64,000 nt of DNA from a virus (IMGVR_UViG_3300020203_000404:64001-128000), one strand, 5' to 3'; positions 47,287-56,938 are shown, counted from the first letter of the stretch. The notes: generated by a model not told the origin, from the letters alone. A program made the numbers and translations.

Positions 47287-47849
47287 GATTCATTCTTCTT
47301 TCGAGCTACTGGACTGTGACCTTCTCGGGTGTCGGCTGGAGCCTTTGCACCCAAGAACGCCGCCTTTTCTTCTACTGTTTTTTCATTGATACGCTTACGG
47401 CAGTCTCTACACGTACGGTAGATATGACGTTTACCATTCTCCATGGTTATACTGATGGGACTTTTATTGATGTGTAAACATTTACTACCATCTACTGCCA
47501 TTCCTGGCAAAATGATATCTTGATCTTCTGATATTTCACGAGGACTTGTATCGACCATCTCTCGTTTCTTTGCAGCAACAAAACTAGCATCGTCTTCATC
47601 CAGGTCGGCAAGTGTACGCTGACCTGGATTTTCGGAATGGCTCTGGCGGGCACCGCCAACAAAGTCCCAGCCCTCAGGCAACAAGTCGCCTGAGACAAGC
47701 TGTTGCTCAAGTTTTGCGGCTGCTGCCGCAGAGAGTTCGTATGTGCGACCAGTCTTCTTGCCACTTTTCTTTATAACCAACGTGACTGTATCGGCGGGAT
47801 CATATTCCTGCTTGGTTAAATCACATTCTTGAACAACACGTCTTGCCAT
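47283..47849 (-). CDS. Hypothetical protein with Lsr2-like N-terminus and C-terminal Zn motif
   Basis: MARRV...D......DTV......G.TYELS...A.KL...L; C.H...CRDC. Confidence 0.4.
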   Translation of the reverse strand: MARRVVQECDLTKQEYDPADTVTLVIKKSGKKTGRTYELSAAAAAKLEQQLVSGDLLPEGWDFVGGARQSHSENPGQRTLADLDEDDASFVAAKKREMVDTSPREISEDQDIILPGMAVDGSKCLHINKSPISITMENGKRHIYRTCRDCRKRINEKTVEEKAAFLGAKAPADTREGHSPVARKKNES

Positions 47850-48538
47850 TACGGTAAGTCCTGACTTCTGTATGCTTCGTATCTACGAAGAACTTCCTTA
47901 ACGATTGGTGAGCGTTGAACCGTCTCAATATTCTCCATTGAGATTACACCCACTCCTGGTACCCCATCCAGTATGTTGATTGCCTCAATCAAGGCACTAT
48001 TTTCTGGACGAATGTCGCACTGATCCATATCGCCAGCAATTACTAGCTTGGAATGCTTACCAACTCTAGTAAGTAACATCTTCATAGCGTCACCATCCAG
48101 AGGAACGTTTTGTGCTTCCTCTACGATAATGAAGCAGTTGTTGAATGAGCGTCCACGGCACAGACTTAAGACCGTGAACTCAAACTTGTCACGAACGATG
48201 TTGTCAATGTCTTGTTCATTTTGAAACATAAGACGCATGTTGTCTCTTAGACCTAGAACATACGGCGTGACCTTTTCATCAACTGTACCCGGCAGAGCAC
48301 CAAGTTTTTCTCCAGTATTGGATTGAATATATGGACGAACGATCACAATACGTTGAATGCCGCCTCTTTTGGGGGCATTCATCATCATGGTCAATGCCTT
48401 ATTGACCGCCAAGAATGTCTTTCCTGTACCGGCATAGCCGTTACAAATAGTGATAATGTTTCGATCTAGTGAATCTTGATACTCTTCTTGTCCTGGTGCT
48501 GGTTGAGCGGGAACAAATCGGACTTCACTTTTTTGCAT
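47849..48538 (-). CDS. phoH: PhoH-like ATPase
   Basis: GYAGTGKTFLA; IVIVRP; GEKLG.LPG; RGRSF; EEAQN; LTRVG; GD..Q.D. Confidence 0.95.
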   Translation of the reverse strand: MQKSEVRFVPAQPAPGQEEYQDSLDRNIITICNGYAGTGKTFLAVNKALTMMMNAPKRGGIQRIVIVRPYIQSNTGEKLGALPGTVDEKVTPYVLGLRDNMRLMFQNEQDIDNIVRDKFEFTVLSLCRGRSFNNCFIIVEEAQNVPLDGDAMKMLLTRVGKHSKLVIAGDMDQCDIRPENSALIEAINILDGVPGVGVISMENIETVQRSPIVKEVLRRYEAYRSQDLP

Positions 48539-48541
48539 CTA

Positions 48542-49120
48542 TCATCCTCTATTGGCCCTACGAGAAGCTTTTGTTTTCTTGTTTTGGGCACGACGATCCG
48601 CAATAACCTTGCGACGGTGGGGGGTAAGCTTCATGCCAAACTTCGTTTGGCTAACTTGTGCTGACATTTCATTCTCAAGGTGATGAGCAATGATCGTACC
48701 ATTCAAGTGGTCCATTTCATGCATCACACATCTTGCCCAAAAACCCTTGAATACTTCCGTCTTGACCTCGCCGTCAAGCTCGTGATATTGAAGAGTAATT
48801 TGCTTTGGTCTTTTAATCATTGCACTAAATCCAGGAAGTGACAGGCATGCTTCGCCGTCCTTCTTCGTCTCGCGACTACGCGAGATAACTACCGGATTAA
48901 TGAATGCACGATTCACGCCCTTTTCGCGAAGCAAGAAGATCCGTTTAGGATAGCCCACCTGTACGGCGGCTAAACCTGCGGCTTGTTCTCCAAGCACATC
49001 AAGGACAGCATCCATTTTGCCAATGACGGCTGCATCAGTATCATTGATGGGTAAGCTACATGGTTGCGACGCACCTTCAAGCAAGGGCCAGCGTTCTTGA
49101 TCTTGGGGCGTGATTATCAC
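48542..49120 (-). CDS. def: Peptide deformylase
   Basis: GLAAVQVG, EACLS, HEMDHL; GTG start overlaps HNH stop. Confidence 0.93.
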   Translation of the reverse strand: MIITPQDQERWPLLEGASQPCSLPINDTDAAVIGKMDAVLDVLGEQAAGLAAVQVGYPKRIFLLREKGVNRAFINPVVISRSRETKKDGEACLSLPGFSAMIKRPKQITLQYHELDGEVKTEVFKGFWARCVMHEMDHLNGTIIAHHLENEMSAQVSQTKFGMKLTPHRRKVIADRRAQNKKTKASRRANRG

Positions 49121-49731
49121 TGATTCTTGTGTTGATGATTCCATACTCGATTGATCCATTTCAAAAATTCCTCGGTTGTCTTGACGTGCTTCCCGTAATT
49201 ACAATCTTTACAAGATGTCACACAGTTGTCTAGTGAATAGCCAAGATTACTATCAATCCTGTCAATGCCGTTTGTCCGAATCAGACCATCCTCGTGACGC
49301 CGCTTGGCTTGTTCTGACCGAACTTGTTTGTATCTAGTCTTATTAAAGACGTTTTGTGCTATTGATGGAAGAGCACCACAATAATAACAACTTGAAAAAA
49401 TGAAGCGTTCAAACTCGTCTTTTGTTAATGACCAAGACAAGTGTCTTTTTTTTGCTCCGCCTTTGTAGCGGGACATGTAGTTATTGATATTTGTTTCTTT
49501 AGGATCTCTTGAAAAGAGAGGAGCGTGAACACGCCATTGACATCCACATGACCTATTGGGTGTTCTACGAATTTGCCTGCTGTCTAAGATGATTTCATTG
49601 CCACAATCACATCTCGCCTGCCATTGCACGTACTTATCATTCTTGACAAGTTTTTGATCATCGGATACACGCCCTAAGATGGTCATATATCCAATACGCT
49701 TTCCTGTATAATCTATTGCTTTGTGTGCCAT
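49117..49731 (-). CDS. HNH/Zn-finger homing endonuclease (full length)
   Basis: CDCG..SCGC; CYYCG; NGIDRIDS..GY..DNCV.SC..CN.GK. Confidence 0.85.
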   Translation of the reverse strand: MAHKAIDYTGKRIGYMTILGRVSDDQKLVKNDKYVQWQARCDCGNEIILDSRQIRRTPNRSCGCQWRVHAPLFSRDPKETNINNYMSRYKGGAKKRHLSWSLTKDEFERFIFSSCYYCGALPSIAQNVFNKTRYKQVRSEQAKRRHEDGLIRTNGIDRIDSNLGYSLDNCVTSCKDCNYGKHVKTTEEFLKWINRVWNHQHKNQ

Positions 49732-49771
49732 ATCAAGTAGTACACTATTAGCACGCGGCATGAGTGTGATA

Positions 49772-50548
49772 TTAGGACAGAATCTCATAGCCATCTTCCT
49801 TGACAAGGATACATCGTTCCGAATGAGCAACCAATGATCCGTCTTTAGAGCGTGCCGTCCAGCCATCATCACCAATCACAAACTCTGTTGATCCGAATGT
49901 CACAACTGGTTCGAGACAAATAATATCGCCGGTCTTAAACTTATACGCAGCATACTCTCTTTCAAGTTGCCACTGCTTAATCTTAGAGAGCGATCTATCT
50001 ATTCCATTGGGGATAAAGGGCACTTCATGTAATGTTCGCCCTATCTTATGACCACCCCAAGCAAGACATATATTGACGCCTAATGCAGTGGCTCTAGCCT
50101 CAGCAATTTTAGCTATTTCAAGTAAACTAACGCCATCTTTAAGCACAGAAATCTCAGCTTCCAATACACTCTCTACGGCAGTAATGAGACGTTCTTGAAA
50201 AGGAAAAAATGTAGGGTGTGTTACATCAGAAACGATGCGGGTGCGTGCAGAGTCCACACACCATCCTTCATAGCTACAGCCAACGTCTACGGTGAGTAGA
50301 TCGCCGTCTTTTAGAACGTAGTTGTTCGGGACGCCGTGTACGATAACATCGTTAGGCGATAAGCAGCAGACTCCTGTGAATCCGCGATAGCCTTTAAAGA
50401 TTGGTACGCATCCAAATATAGCGAAGTGTTGCTCTATCGCGTCGTTAATCTCTAAGAGAGTTGTGCCCGGAACGGCATGGCTAAATCCTAATTCAATAGC
50501 CATGCGATTGATTTCCCCGGCGTGGCGAGTGGCTTCGAGTCTATCCAT
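49772..50548 (-). CDS. map: Methionine aminopeptidase type I
   Basis: CLSPNDVIVHGVP; DVG....GW.VDSART; GHKIG..LHE.P; LEP; HSE. Confidence 0.93.
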   Translation of the reverse strand: MDRLEATRHAGEINRMAIELGFSHAVPGTTLLEINDAIEQHFAIFGCVPIFKGYRGFTGVCCLSPNDVIVHGVPNNYVLKDGDLLTVDVGCSYEGWCVDSARTRIVSDVTHPTFFPFQERLITAVESVLEAEISVLKDGVSLLEIAKIAEARATALGVNICLAWGGHKIGRTLHEVPFIPNGIDRSLSKIKQWQLEREYAAYKFKTGDIICLEPVVTFGSTEFVIGDDGWTARSKDGSLVAHSERCILVKEDGYEILS

Positions 50549-51140
50549 GTTCTTCAACCCAATACTTGATCTTTCGCCAGTGTGACAGCGTTTCACGGTA
50601 AGCCTTTTCAGGACTTTTCAAGTGAAACGATGGGTGGTAAGTCACAATAACCTTGGAAGCGTAGCCATCTACAGTGTAATTCAGCCAGCCGTCTTTATTG
50701 GACAGCTTATCAAAAAAAAACCGATTCAATGCACCCTTAATTGGCTCGCCTTTAAATTGTTCAAGTGCAGATCGTCCAAGCAATACTATTAACTTGGGAC
50801 GCAGCAACCTGATCTGTAGGTCGAGCCGCCATTTACACGAGTCCATTTCTTCTTTTCGAGGCGTTCTGTCATTAGGTGTACGACATAGAACCGTGTTTGT
50901 GATATAGACATCTTGACGTGTCACGCCAAGGTAACTAAGGATTGAGTCTAATTTTTGTCCAGCTTTTCCCAGAAAAGGAACGCCCTCCAAGTCCTCTTCT
51001 TCGCCAGGGGCTTCGCCAACAATCAAAATCAATGGTTCGTGTGAGCCCGATCCGAATACAACCTTTGTGCGGGTTTTGCATAGGTCGCAAGATCCGCACG
51101 AAGACATCTGTTCTTGAAAAGCATCAAGCCGAGCATTCAT
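50541..51140 (-). CDS. Uracil-DNA glycosylase family 4 (Fe-S)
   Basis: C..C.LC; VGEAPG.EED..G.PF.G.AG; YITN.V.CR; TYHPS. Confidence 0.93.
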   Translation of the reverse strand: MNARLDAFQEQMSSCGSCDLCKTRTKVVFGSGSHEPLILIVGEAPGEEEDLEGVPFLGKAGQKLDSILSYLGVTRQDVYITNTVLCRTPNDRTPRKEEMDSCKWRLDLQIRLLRPKLIVLLGRSALEQFKGEPIKGALNRFFFDKLSNKDGWLNYTVDGYASKVIVTYHPSFHLKSPEKAYRETLSHWRKIKYWVEEHG

Positions 51141-52075
51141 ACATTATGTCCCGTGAACAACTCGTTAGTCCAATTACCCTTAGTCTTTCTTCGCAGTGCG
51201 TCTCCACCGAAGTGAAGTAAGTTCATCATGGAATCGGCTGATGCTGCGATACGACCTTCAATCGTCTTGATGTCTGTTATTTCATTGCAAGAGTTTTCAA
51301 GAGCTTGCTTCTTAGCTTCCGGCACTTCTATTTCAAGGTCATTCTCAACGTGAATCATTAGATGATCCACATAGCGGGCACTTGCACGATTAATACCCGT
51401 CATATAGAATGCGTCCTTCGGACGCAGGTGGCCATTCACATAGCAGGTTGACGTGTGCCAGCCGATGTTGCGGAAGATACAGGCTGCCATGACCAGTGAA
51501 ATGTTCAGGGGGGTTTCAGATTCTTTTGCCTGTACGGCCATCACCTTGGCTAATCGTAGCGAGCCAGCGACGTGTACTAAAAGACCGCCGCGATAAGCCA
51601 GGGGGCCGCTCAAGCCATAGGGGCTCGTCTTGAGAGCGTGTAGCATATCGAGACGATGAATAGCGTTACCCACGACATTGCGGTAGTGCTCATCGGTCAT
51701 TGTCTCGAAGGCTTCTTCAACGTCTGCTGCACACGCAGCCAGAGCGGCGTCACTCATGCCCTTCACATAGTCGTGAACATTGAGGGGCGTATCTACCTCA
51801 ACGACCTTACTGGCGTCTACAGAGAACTCTAGATCGTCCTTGTAGGGTTTTAACTCTACTGCCATACGATAATACTGACCTTCAACTAAGGTGCTGTCGT
51901 AATTCCATACGACACCTTCAATTTCTCCAGTAATATCTCGAAGCGTTGCCTTGGCGAATCTATTGCCAGAGGTCGTTAGCATGGCTTCATTTTGCGTAAC
52001 CTTTTGAACAAGAAAGATCTGTCGGTAACGACCAGCTTTCAAGTCCTTGATCGCAATATACGTTTCAGTATTCAT
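51137..52075 (-). CDS. YhaM/Cbf1-like OB-fold protein with degenerate HD domain
   Basis: L.D.TG.I.G.VW OB fold; AY.GGLL.H; HDIG replaced by RNIG. Confidence 0.7.
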   Translation of the reverse strand: MNTETYIAIKDLKAGRYRQIFLVQKVTQNEAMLTTSGNRFAKATLRDITGEIEGVVWNYDSTLVEGQYYRMAVELKPYKDDLEFSVDASKVVEVDTPLNVHDYVKGMSDAALAACAADVEEAFETMTDEHYRNVVGNAIHRLDMLHALKTSPYGLSGPLAYRGGLLVHVAGSLRLAKVMAVQAKESETPLNISLVMAACIFRNIGWHTSTCYVNGHLRPKDAFYMTGINRASARYVDHLMIHVENDLEIEVPEAKKQALENSCNEITDIKTIEGRIAASADSMMNLLHFGGDALRRKTKGNWTNELFTGHNV

Positions 52076-52277
52076 ATTTGTTGCGTCTGCCACCATGCGT
52101 TCGATCATCTCCCTGTTTACAGGTTGGGCATTGAGCGACCTTGCGGGTGATGATGTAGATTTCATCTGGCTGTTCTCTTTCTGAACCTGGATTAAGGATG
52201 ATCTTCACTTGTCCGCCGTAGTAACAGCCGCGACACTTGCCGCATTCAATAAGAGTGATAGTCTTAGGCGTTTTCAT
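52065..52277 (-). CDS. Small Zn-ribbon protein
   Basis: CGKC...CPTC; overlaps both neighbours. Confidence 0.55.
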   Translation of the reverse strand: MKTPKTITLIECGKCRGCYYGGQVKIILNPGSEREQPDEIYIITRKVAQCPTCKQGDDRTHGGRRNKYEY

Positions 52278-52776
52278 GACTCAATCTCTTTTCCAGCAAC
52301 TTGACGAGTCGTTTGACATGCATAGCCACACCCTGATGTGAGATGTCACTTGACTCCGCTATCTTTCGAAACGACTTGCCTTTGACATAGTGCTCGATTA
52401 AGAAGTGTGCGTTTGGCTCTTCCGCAACCGCACTAAAAATAGAAGCCATAAGCTCGCTTTCTTCGGGTGAGTTGTCTACATAGCCGGGTTCGAGCGTAGC
52501 GTCAAACTCTAAACGATTCACGGAGACGCGAGTCTTTTCAAGAACATAGCGTAGCATACGTCCACGCATATATAAATAAGCGAAGGTCGTGAACTTAGCT
52601 TTTGTTGAGTCATAGTTTTTGACTGCACTAAGCAGGCCAACCCATGCCTCTTGTTGAAGGTCTTCGTACGTAATTAGTGGATCTTTTTTTGTGTACGAAA
52701 GGAATGGACGTATAATAGCACTGATCAGTGCGTCCCATTCACATTTTGGCAAAGAGTCTAAAGTTTTATCGTTCAT
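52264..52776 (-). CDS. Sigma70-family sigma factor (short)
   Basis: YEDLQQEA.VGL..AVKNYD...AKFTTFAY..MRG; SFRKIAE...ISHQGV HTH. Confidence 0.85.
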   Translation of the reverse strand: MNDKTLDSLPKCEWDALISAIIRPFLSYTKKDPLITYEDLQQEAWVGLLSAVKNYDSTKAKFTTFAYLYMRGRMLRYVLEKTRVSVNRLEFDATLEPGYVDNSPEESELMASIFSAVAEEPNAHFLIEHYVKGKSFRKIAESSDISHQGVAMHVKRLVKLLEKRLSHENA

Positions 52777-53161
52777 AAGAGTCAATTTGTGCGACTAGCA
52801 TTGTAATGTACGTGTTCTTTTCGTCGCTTGTCAGAGCAGCCCAGTGAGAGATCACGTCGAGATTGCCGCCGTTTGGCACTTCTTCGTTACCCACTATTTG
52901 GCGGTGCCGATATAGTACTTGTCCTTCTATGTTTTGCACTACAAAGGTTACCACATGAAAGTCTTCGCTGTCGATTAAATTCCAGAAGTACTTGAGTAGT
53001 TCGTTGTATCGCACTACAACCTTCTTTGATTTACCGCCCTTTTCTATCAGGATAAAGATAACCCTATCCTGGTTTTTCCAGCCATCTGATTCTAGCTCGG
53101 CGTGTAGTTGCTTTACTCGGTCCCAATTGATTTTGATTGCTATGAGACAAGCCCCCTTCAA
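52766..53161 (-). CDS. Hypothetical protein
   Basis: 131-aa ORF in operon; start uncertain (TTG, or non-canonical ATA after AAGGGGG). Confidence 0.5.
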   Translation of the reverse strand: MKGACLIAIKINWDRVKQLHAELESDGWKNQDRVIFILIEKGGKSKKVVVRYNELLKYFWNLIDSEDFHVVTFVVQNIEGQVLYRHRQIVGNEEVPNGGNLDVISHWAALTSDEKNTYITMLVAQIDSYER

Positions 53162-53167
53162 GTAAGG

Positions 53168-53177
53168 ATTACACTAA
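53168..53177 (-). promoter_or_regulatory. TTAGTGTAAT candidate phage promoter
   Basis: Intergenic, sense orientation, upstream of the operon containing the second sigma factor. Confidence 0.4.
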
Positions 53178-54434
53178 TCACGCAACGCGACCATCTTCGA
53201 TGTAAACACCCATTCTATCTTCGGAGTTGCGTGAGGCGTATTCAATCCAGATCTGAAAGTCACTGTCAACGGCCATAGAATTAATAACCGCCATACTCTC
53301 GTCATCCAGTAGCGAACCGTCTGTAATGCGAATGACACGTAAAGTTGGATTGGACGCCATCGCGATAGCAAGCGAGATTTTTAGTCTGCGTGCCGCAGAA
53401 GCTTGACAGAACGGTACGTCTGTACCGTCTTCATTGATAATACGCACACCTTCGGCATTGATAGTAAAGCCCTTGACCGGCAAGGGGGCAGCTTCTAGAG
53501 CTTCCGCCTTTTCAATCTCGATCAGTTCCATCTTTGCGTTCAGCGATGTGATGTTAGCGTCTACACCTTCTAGTGCCTTGCGTAGCTTACGATACTCGAT
53601 AACTTCACGAGCACGGCGATTGTTGTTCTCAATGTCCTTGAGTTGACTTTGCAAAAACGTAACGTCAATAACTTCTGTCTTACCAAGCTCAGCGGTGTTC
53701 GCTCCCATGATCATGGCGGAATTGTTCACTACTGCCTGTAGTCTTTGAATCTCGCGGAGGGCATCTGCGGACGCCTTGGTAACACGCTCGTTCTCAGCTT
53801 GCAAGTCCTTGATGCGTTGATTAACTGCCACGCCCTCCGTGATAGAGACGGTGAGATCTAGGCTAGACAATTCTTCTACTGGATCTTGATCTGTTGGTGG
53901 ACGAACATTCGCCAACAAACTAGCCAGACGTTTCTGTTCACGGTTGGCATCGGTGCGAGATTCGTAGGCCGCTTGTATGCGGGCGTCGAAGTCCGCCAAG
54001 TTCAACTTGCCATCCGTAATCTTAAACAAGAGGTCGGCCAGCATGGTACGCTGCTCTTGTTCGGTTTTTCTAGCAAACTCCCATGGATCGAATGAAAGAT
54101 CACCAATCATTCCATCAAGTAGTTTTTGAGGAGACGACACCTTATTGCCTTCTGGCGTACGAACTTCTAAAGTGCTGCCGCCCTCAGTAAAACGACGAGT
54201 CACAATATAGTCGCCCAGATCCAAAGTCGTCACGGCACTTTTCTCGCCACGACGTATTGGCTGCGGATTACTCTTGGATGCTGCCCTATATTCGAGTGCG
54301 AGATAGATACAGTCAAGCACAGAAGTTTTGCCATTTTCATTCTTACCACTGATAACTACTACGTTATCAGTGGGGGTAATGTCAATAGCCTTAAGTCGCT
54401 TGATGTTTTCAGCTTGTAATTGAATGATCTTCAT
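53178..54434 (-). CDS. SMC/Rad50-like AAA ATPase with coiled coil
   Basis: AENIKRLK; ISGKNENGKTSVLD; coiled coil; RITDGSLLD. Confidence 0.85.
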   Translation of the reverse strand: MKIIQLQAENIKRLKAIDITPTDNVVVISGKNENGKTSVLDCIYLALEYRAASKSNPQPIRRGEKSAVTTLDLGDYIVTRRFTEGGSTLEVRTPEGNKVSSPQKLLDGMIGDLSFDPWEFARKTEQEQRTMLADLLFKITDGKLNLADFDARIQAAYESRTDANREQKRLASLLANVRPPTDQDPVEELSSLDLTVSITEGVAVNQRIKDLQAENERVTKASADALREIQRLQAVVNNSAMIMGANTAELGKTEVIDVTFLQSQLKDIENNNRRAREVIEYRKLRKALEGVDANITSLNAKMELIEIEKAEALEAAPLPVKGFTINAEGVRIINEDGTDVPFCQASAARRLKISLAIAMASNPTLRVIRITDGSLLDDESMAVINSMAVDSDFQIWIEYASRNSEDRMGVYIEDGRVA

Positions 54435-54472
54435 TGTTAAACGCCTTTAGAAAGTAGTTTTCAGCGACCACA

Positions 54473-55054
54473 TTAGCGTGCGAACTCGAACGTCACCGTT
54501 TCGCTTACGTTTGATAGCCCGCCTAGGCTTTGCATTGTTTGCCATAATAGTTTATCGTGATTATCTGATGGCTGCCAGCCATCAGTGAGTTGAAAAAGTG
54601 CTCGCGTGTGTGCCATGCCAACCGTCAAGATATCCGTACTGTTTGTTTGGCCCACTCTACGATTGACCTGTTTCGAGCGTGGAGATTTACGTCTCCATGA
54701 AAATGAGCGTCCAACAGTTCTTAACATAGTTGCTTGAGGATTCTCCTCAAGCATGCTTGAAAAAGTAGAAAGATGGTTGTGCAGCCACACGTCGTCGTCG
54801 TCGATGTACGCAATCCAGGGATTAGAACCTAACGCCGCACCTTTATTGCGAGCCCAGGCACCGAAGTCTTCGTGACAGGGCACGTCTGAGTTAACGACCT
54901 TCACTTGTGGACTATCGACAATGTGCTCTAGGCGTGACATACCGTCACACACTATCCAAAGACACCAGTCTTTATAATCTTGATGTAGGACTGATTCGAC
55001 AGCTTGAAACAGGCTGAGCCTGCCGACTGACGGCAGGATAATGTCAAACTTCAC
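54473..55054 (-). CDS. GT2 glycosyltransferase (outside the island)
   Basis: DIILPS.GR; AVESVL.Q.Y; G..ARN.G; WIAYIDDDDVW..NHL. Confidence 0.85.
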   Translation of the reverse strand: MKFDIILPSVGRLSLFQAVESVLHQDYKDWCLWIVCDGMSRLEHIVDSPQVKVVNSDVPCHEDFGAWARNKGAALGSNPWIAYIDDDDVWLHNHLSTFSSMLEENPQATMLRTVGRSFSWRRKSPRSKQVNRRVGQTNSTDILTVGMAHTRALFQLTDGWQPSDNHDKLLWQTMQSLGGLSNVSETVTFEFAR

Positions 55055-55536
55055 TTGAGAGGTCTCCACACAAACTTATTTACAGGTATTTTATATGACA
55101 TCTTGGAGCCAAAACCTGTCCACGGAATAATCTTGCATGTATCTATAATGTCTTGGAGGGCCGCAGGCTTGAGCATCGTATAGCGTGGTACGTCTTCATT
55201 AGATCCATTGATCATCAGGATGATTGCACCATCACGCAGGTATGACTTTACTTGAGAAGCTTTCAAGTGAAAGAACTTATCCAGTAGTGGCTTTGAAAAC
55301 TTGACTTCGACTTTACCATAACCCTCAACATTAAAGTCGGGATCCATGGACACTTCTTTGTCTGTCAGTAGCTCGCCAGTTTGACCGCAGCCGGTATCAG
55401 TATACTTTGGCCGAACGCCACTGGTGCGTTCGACCAAATCTAGCCACATAATGAACAACGCACGCTCTTCTTTCGTCCTAGACTTAATGTCCTTCTTGAA
55501 CTGATCTTCGGAACGACTATCATAGCGGTAATTCAT
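55051..55536 (-). CDS. PD-(D/E)XK nuclease-like protein
   Basis: DPDF......VEVK. Confidence 0.5.
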   Translation of the reverse strand: MNYRYDSRSEDQFKKDIKSRTKEERALFIMWLDLVERTSGVRPKYTDTGCGQTGELLTDKEVSMDPDFNVEGYGKVEVKFSKPLLDKFFHLKASQVKSYLRDGAIILMINGSNEDVPRYTMLKPAALQDIIDTCKIIPWTGFGSKMSYKIPVNKFVWRPLK

Positions 55537-55597
55537 TTTTATAGCTTCAAAGGTGTTCTTGGTCTAGCGATGTCGCCACAAGAAGCTGTATCGTCCA

Positions 55598-56197
55598 TTA
55601 CTTCACAAGTCTTTCAATGACATCCGGCTGAGACAAGACCTTGCGGAATTTGTGCAGCACTTGAAAACAACAATGAGAATCATATAGAGCAGCGTGGAAC
55701 TTACTCTTGCCAAGATAGCTCATGTCGATTTTGAGAGCCTTCACTGTCTGCGACAGACTTGCTCCACTCTTGATTGCTTCACTGCCAGCAAACAATCGGA
55801 TGAGGGGCATAGAGTCAACGTAACGGTACGTGAAGTTGGCTTCAAATTGTTGAGGCTCGATACCATAAATACCATACGCCAACATTCGTATATCGAATGC
55901 TATATTGTGACCGCCCATGATCTGAGCACCATTATCGTGCCACATGTCTACGAATTTACTCTGGATTACTTCCGTTGTTTCCCCTTCTGAGAAGGCTTGT
56001 GACGGAGTAATGCCATGAATTTCGATGGCCTTTGGCGTAAACTTATAGTCTTCAATAGACGGCAGCTTATGCAGAGATTCAAACTGAGAAATAATCTCGC
56101 CAGTTTCAAGATCGCCAACAAGAGCACCAACCGAGAACACTGAGTGTACCTTGGAATCTAATCCGCCCGATTCACTGTCAAACACCATGATTCGCAT
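55598..56197 (-). CDS. DEDDh 3'-5' exonuclease (DnaQ-like)
   Basis: FDSESGGLD; HGIT; GHNIAFD; HAALYD. Confidence 0.9.
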   Translation of the reverse strand: MRIMVFDSESGGLDSKVHSVFSVGALVGDLETGEIISQFESLHKLPSIEDYKFTPKAIEIHGITPSQAFSEGETTEVIQSKFVDMWHDNGAQIMGGHNIAFDIRMLAYGIYGIEPQQFEANFTYRYVDSMPLIRLFAGSEAIKSGASLSQTVKALKIDMSYLGKSKFHAALYDSHCCFQVLHKFRKVLSQPDVIERLVK

Positions 56198-56316
56198 TTT
56201 TATTCCTCATCTTTTCGTAATATTTTCTTTTAGTCGCCTGAACGCAAATGACTCCAGCACCCATTAGGTTCTATTCGAACCTTCTGCATGAATCGTACTG
56301 GAATTGATTTTTCATT

Positions 56317-56754
56317 TTACGATACGCATTGTGTATTAACTGCCTTCACGGCTTCGTCAAACATACCAACGATCTTTGCCCACTGATCGTCGCGTGCCAT
56401 CGGGCAACGGAAGGCAACATTGCCAAGCTTGTCAACATTCGAAAACGTCGGGTCCGTACAAGCGTGTTCGGGCTTGAATACCTTGCGGAATTCACGCACA
56501 ACTGCACGAGCATCTACCTTGTCCGACAGGTGCTCCACGACGCCGACAAACTTGACGTTGTTATTGCCTTCAATCGTACTCACAACACGTTGAGCCAGAA
56601 TGTGGCGGGCCAACTTGCGGTTGAAGCAGTCGCCAGCACGCACGAAGCCGACTGACATATAGGCGACGCTAGCAATCACTGCGACGCCAACACTGATGCC
56701 GTCAGCAGGACGGTGAGAAAATGCCATCGAATCAATCAATTCAACGATCTTCAT
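56317..56754 (-). CDS. Hypothetical protein
   Basis: AAGGA SD; D.FNRK.AR.I...R motif seen in small phage proteins. Confidence 0.55.
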   Translation of the reverse strand: MKIVELIDSMAFSHRPADGISVGVAVIASVAYMSVGFVRAGDCFNRKLARHILAQRVVSTIEGNNNVKFVGVVEHLSDKVDARAVVREFRKVFKPEHACTDPTFSNVDKLGNVAFRCPMARDDQWAKIVGMFDEAVKAVNTQCVS

Positions 56755-56938
56755 TTGAAATGTTTCCTTGTACTTTTTGCACAGGTGGTTGGACTTGGCT
56801 GAGAACAGACAAGGCCAGGAAAAGGTTAACGGTAACTCCGATTGGAGCACCGACGTTAGTTGTACGAAGGGCAGCCATTAAAATGCGTGCCTCATCCCCG
56901 GACAGTGCGATATTGGGTTCGTGTTGTGTATCAGTCAT
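56741..56938 (-). CDS. Small hypothetical protein
   Basis: Overlaps both neighbours. Confidence 0.5.
   Translation of the reverse strand: MTDTQHEPNIALSGDEARILMAALRTTNVGAPIGVTVNLFLALSVLSQVQPPVQKVQGNISNEDR

Noticed and set aside
56200-56314. Short broken ORFs upstream of the dnaQ-like gene
   Set aside because: Possibly a decayed gene, but too short to assign.
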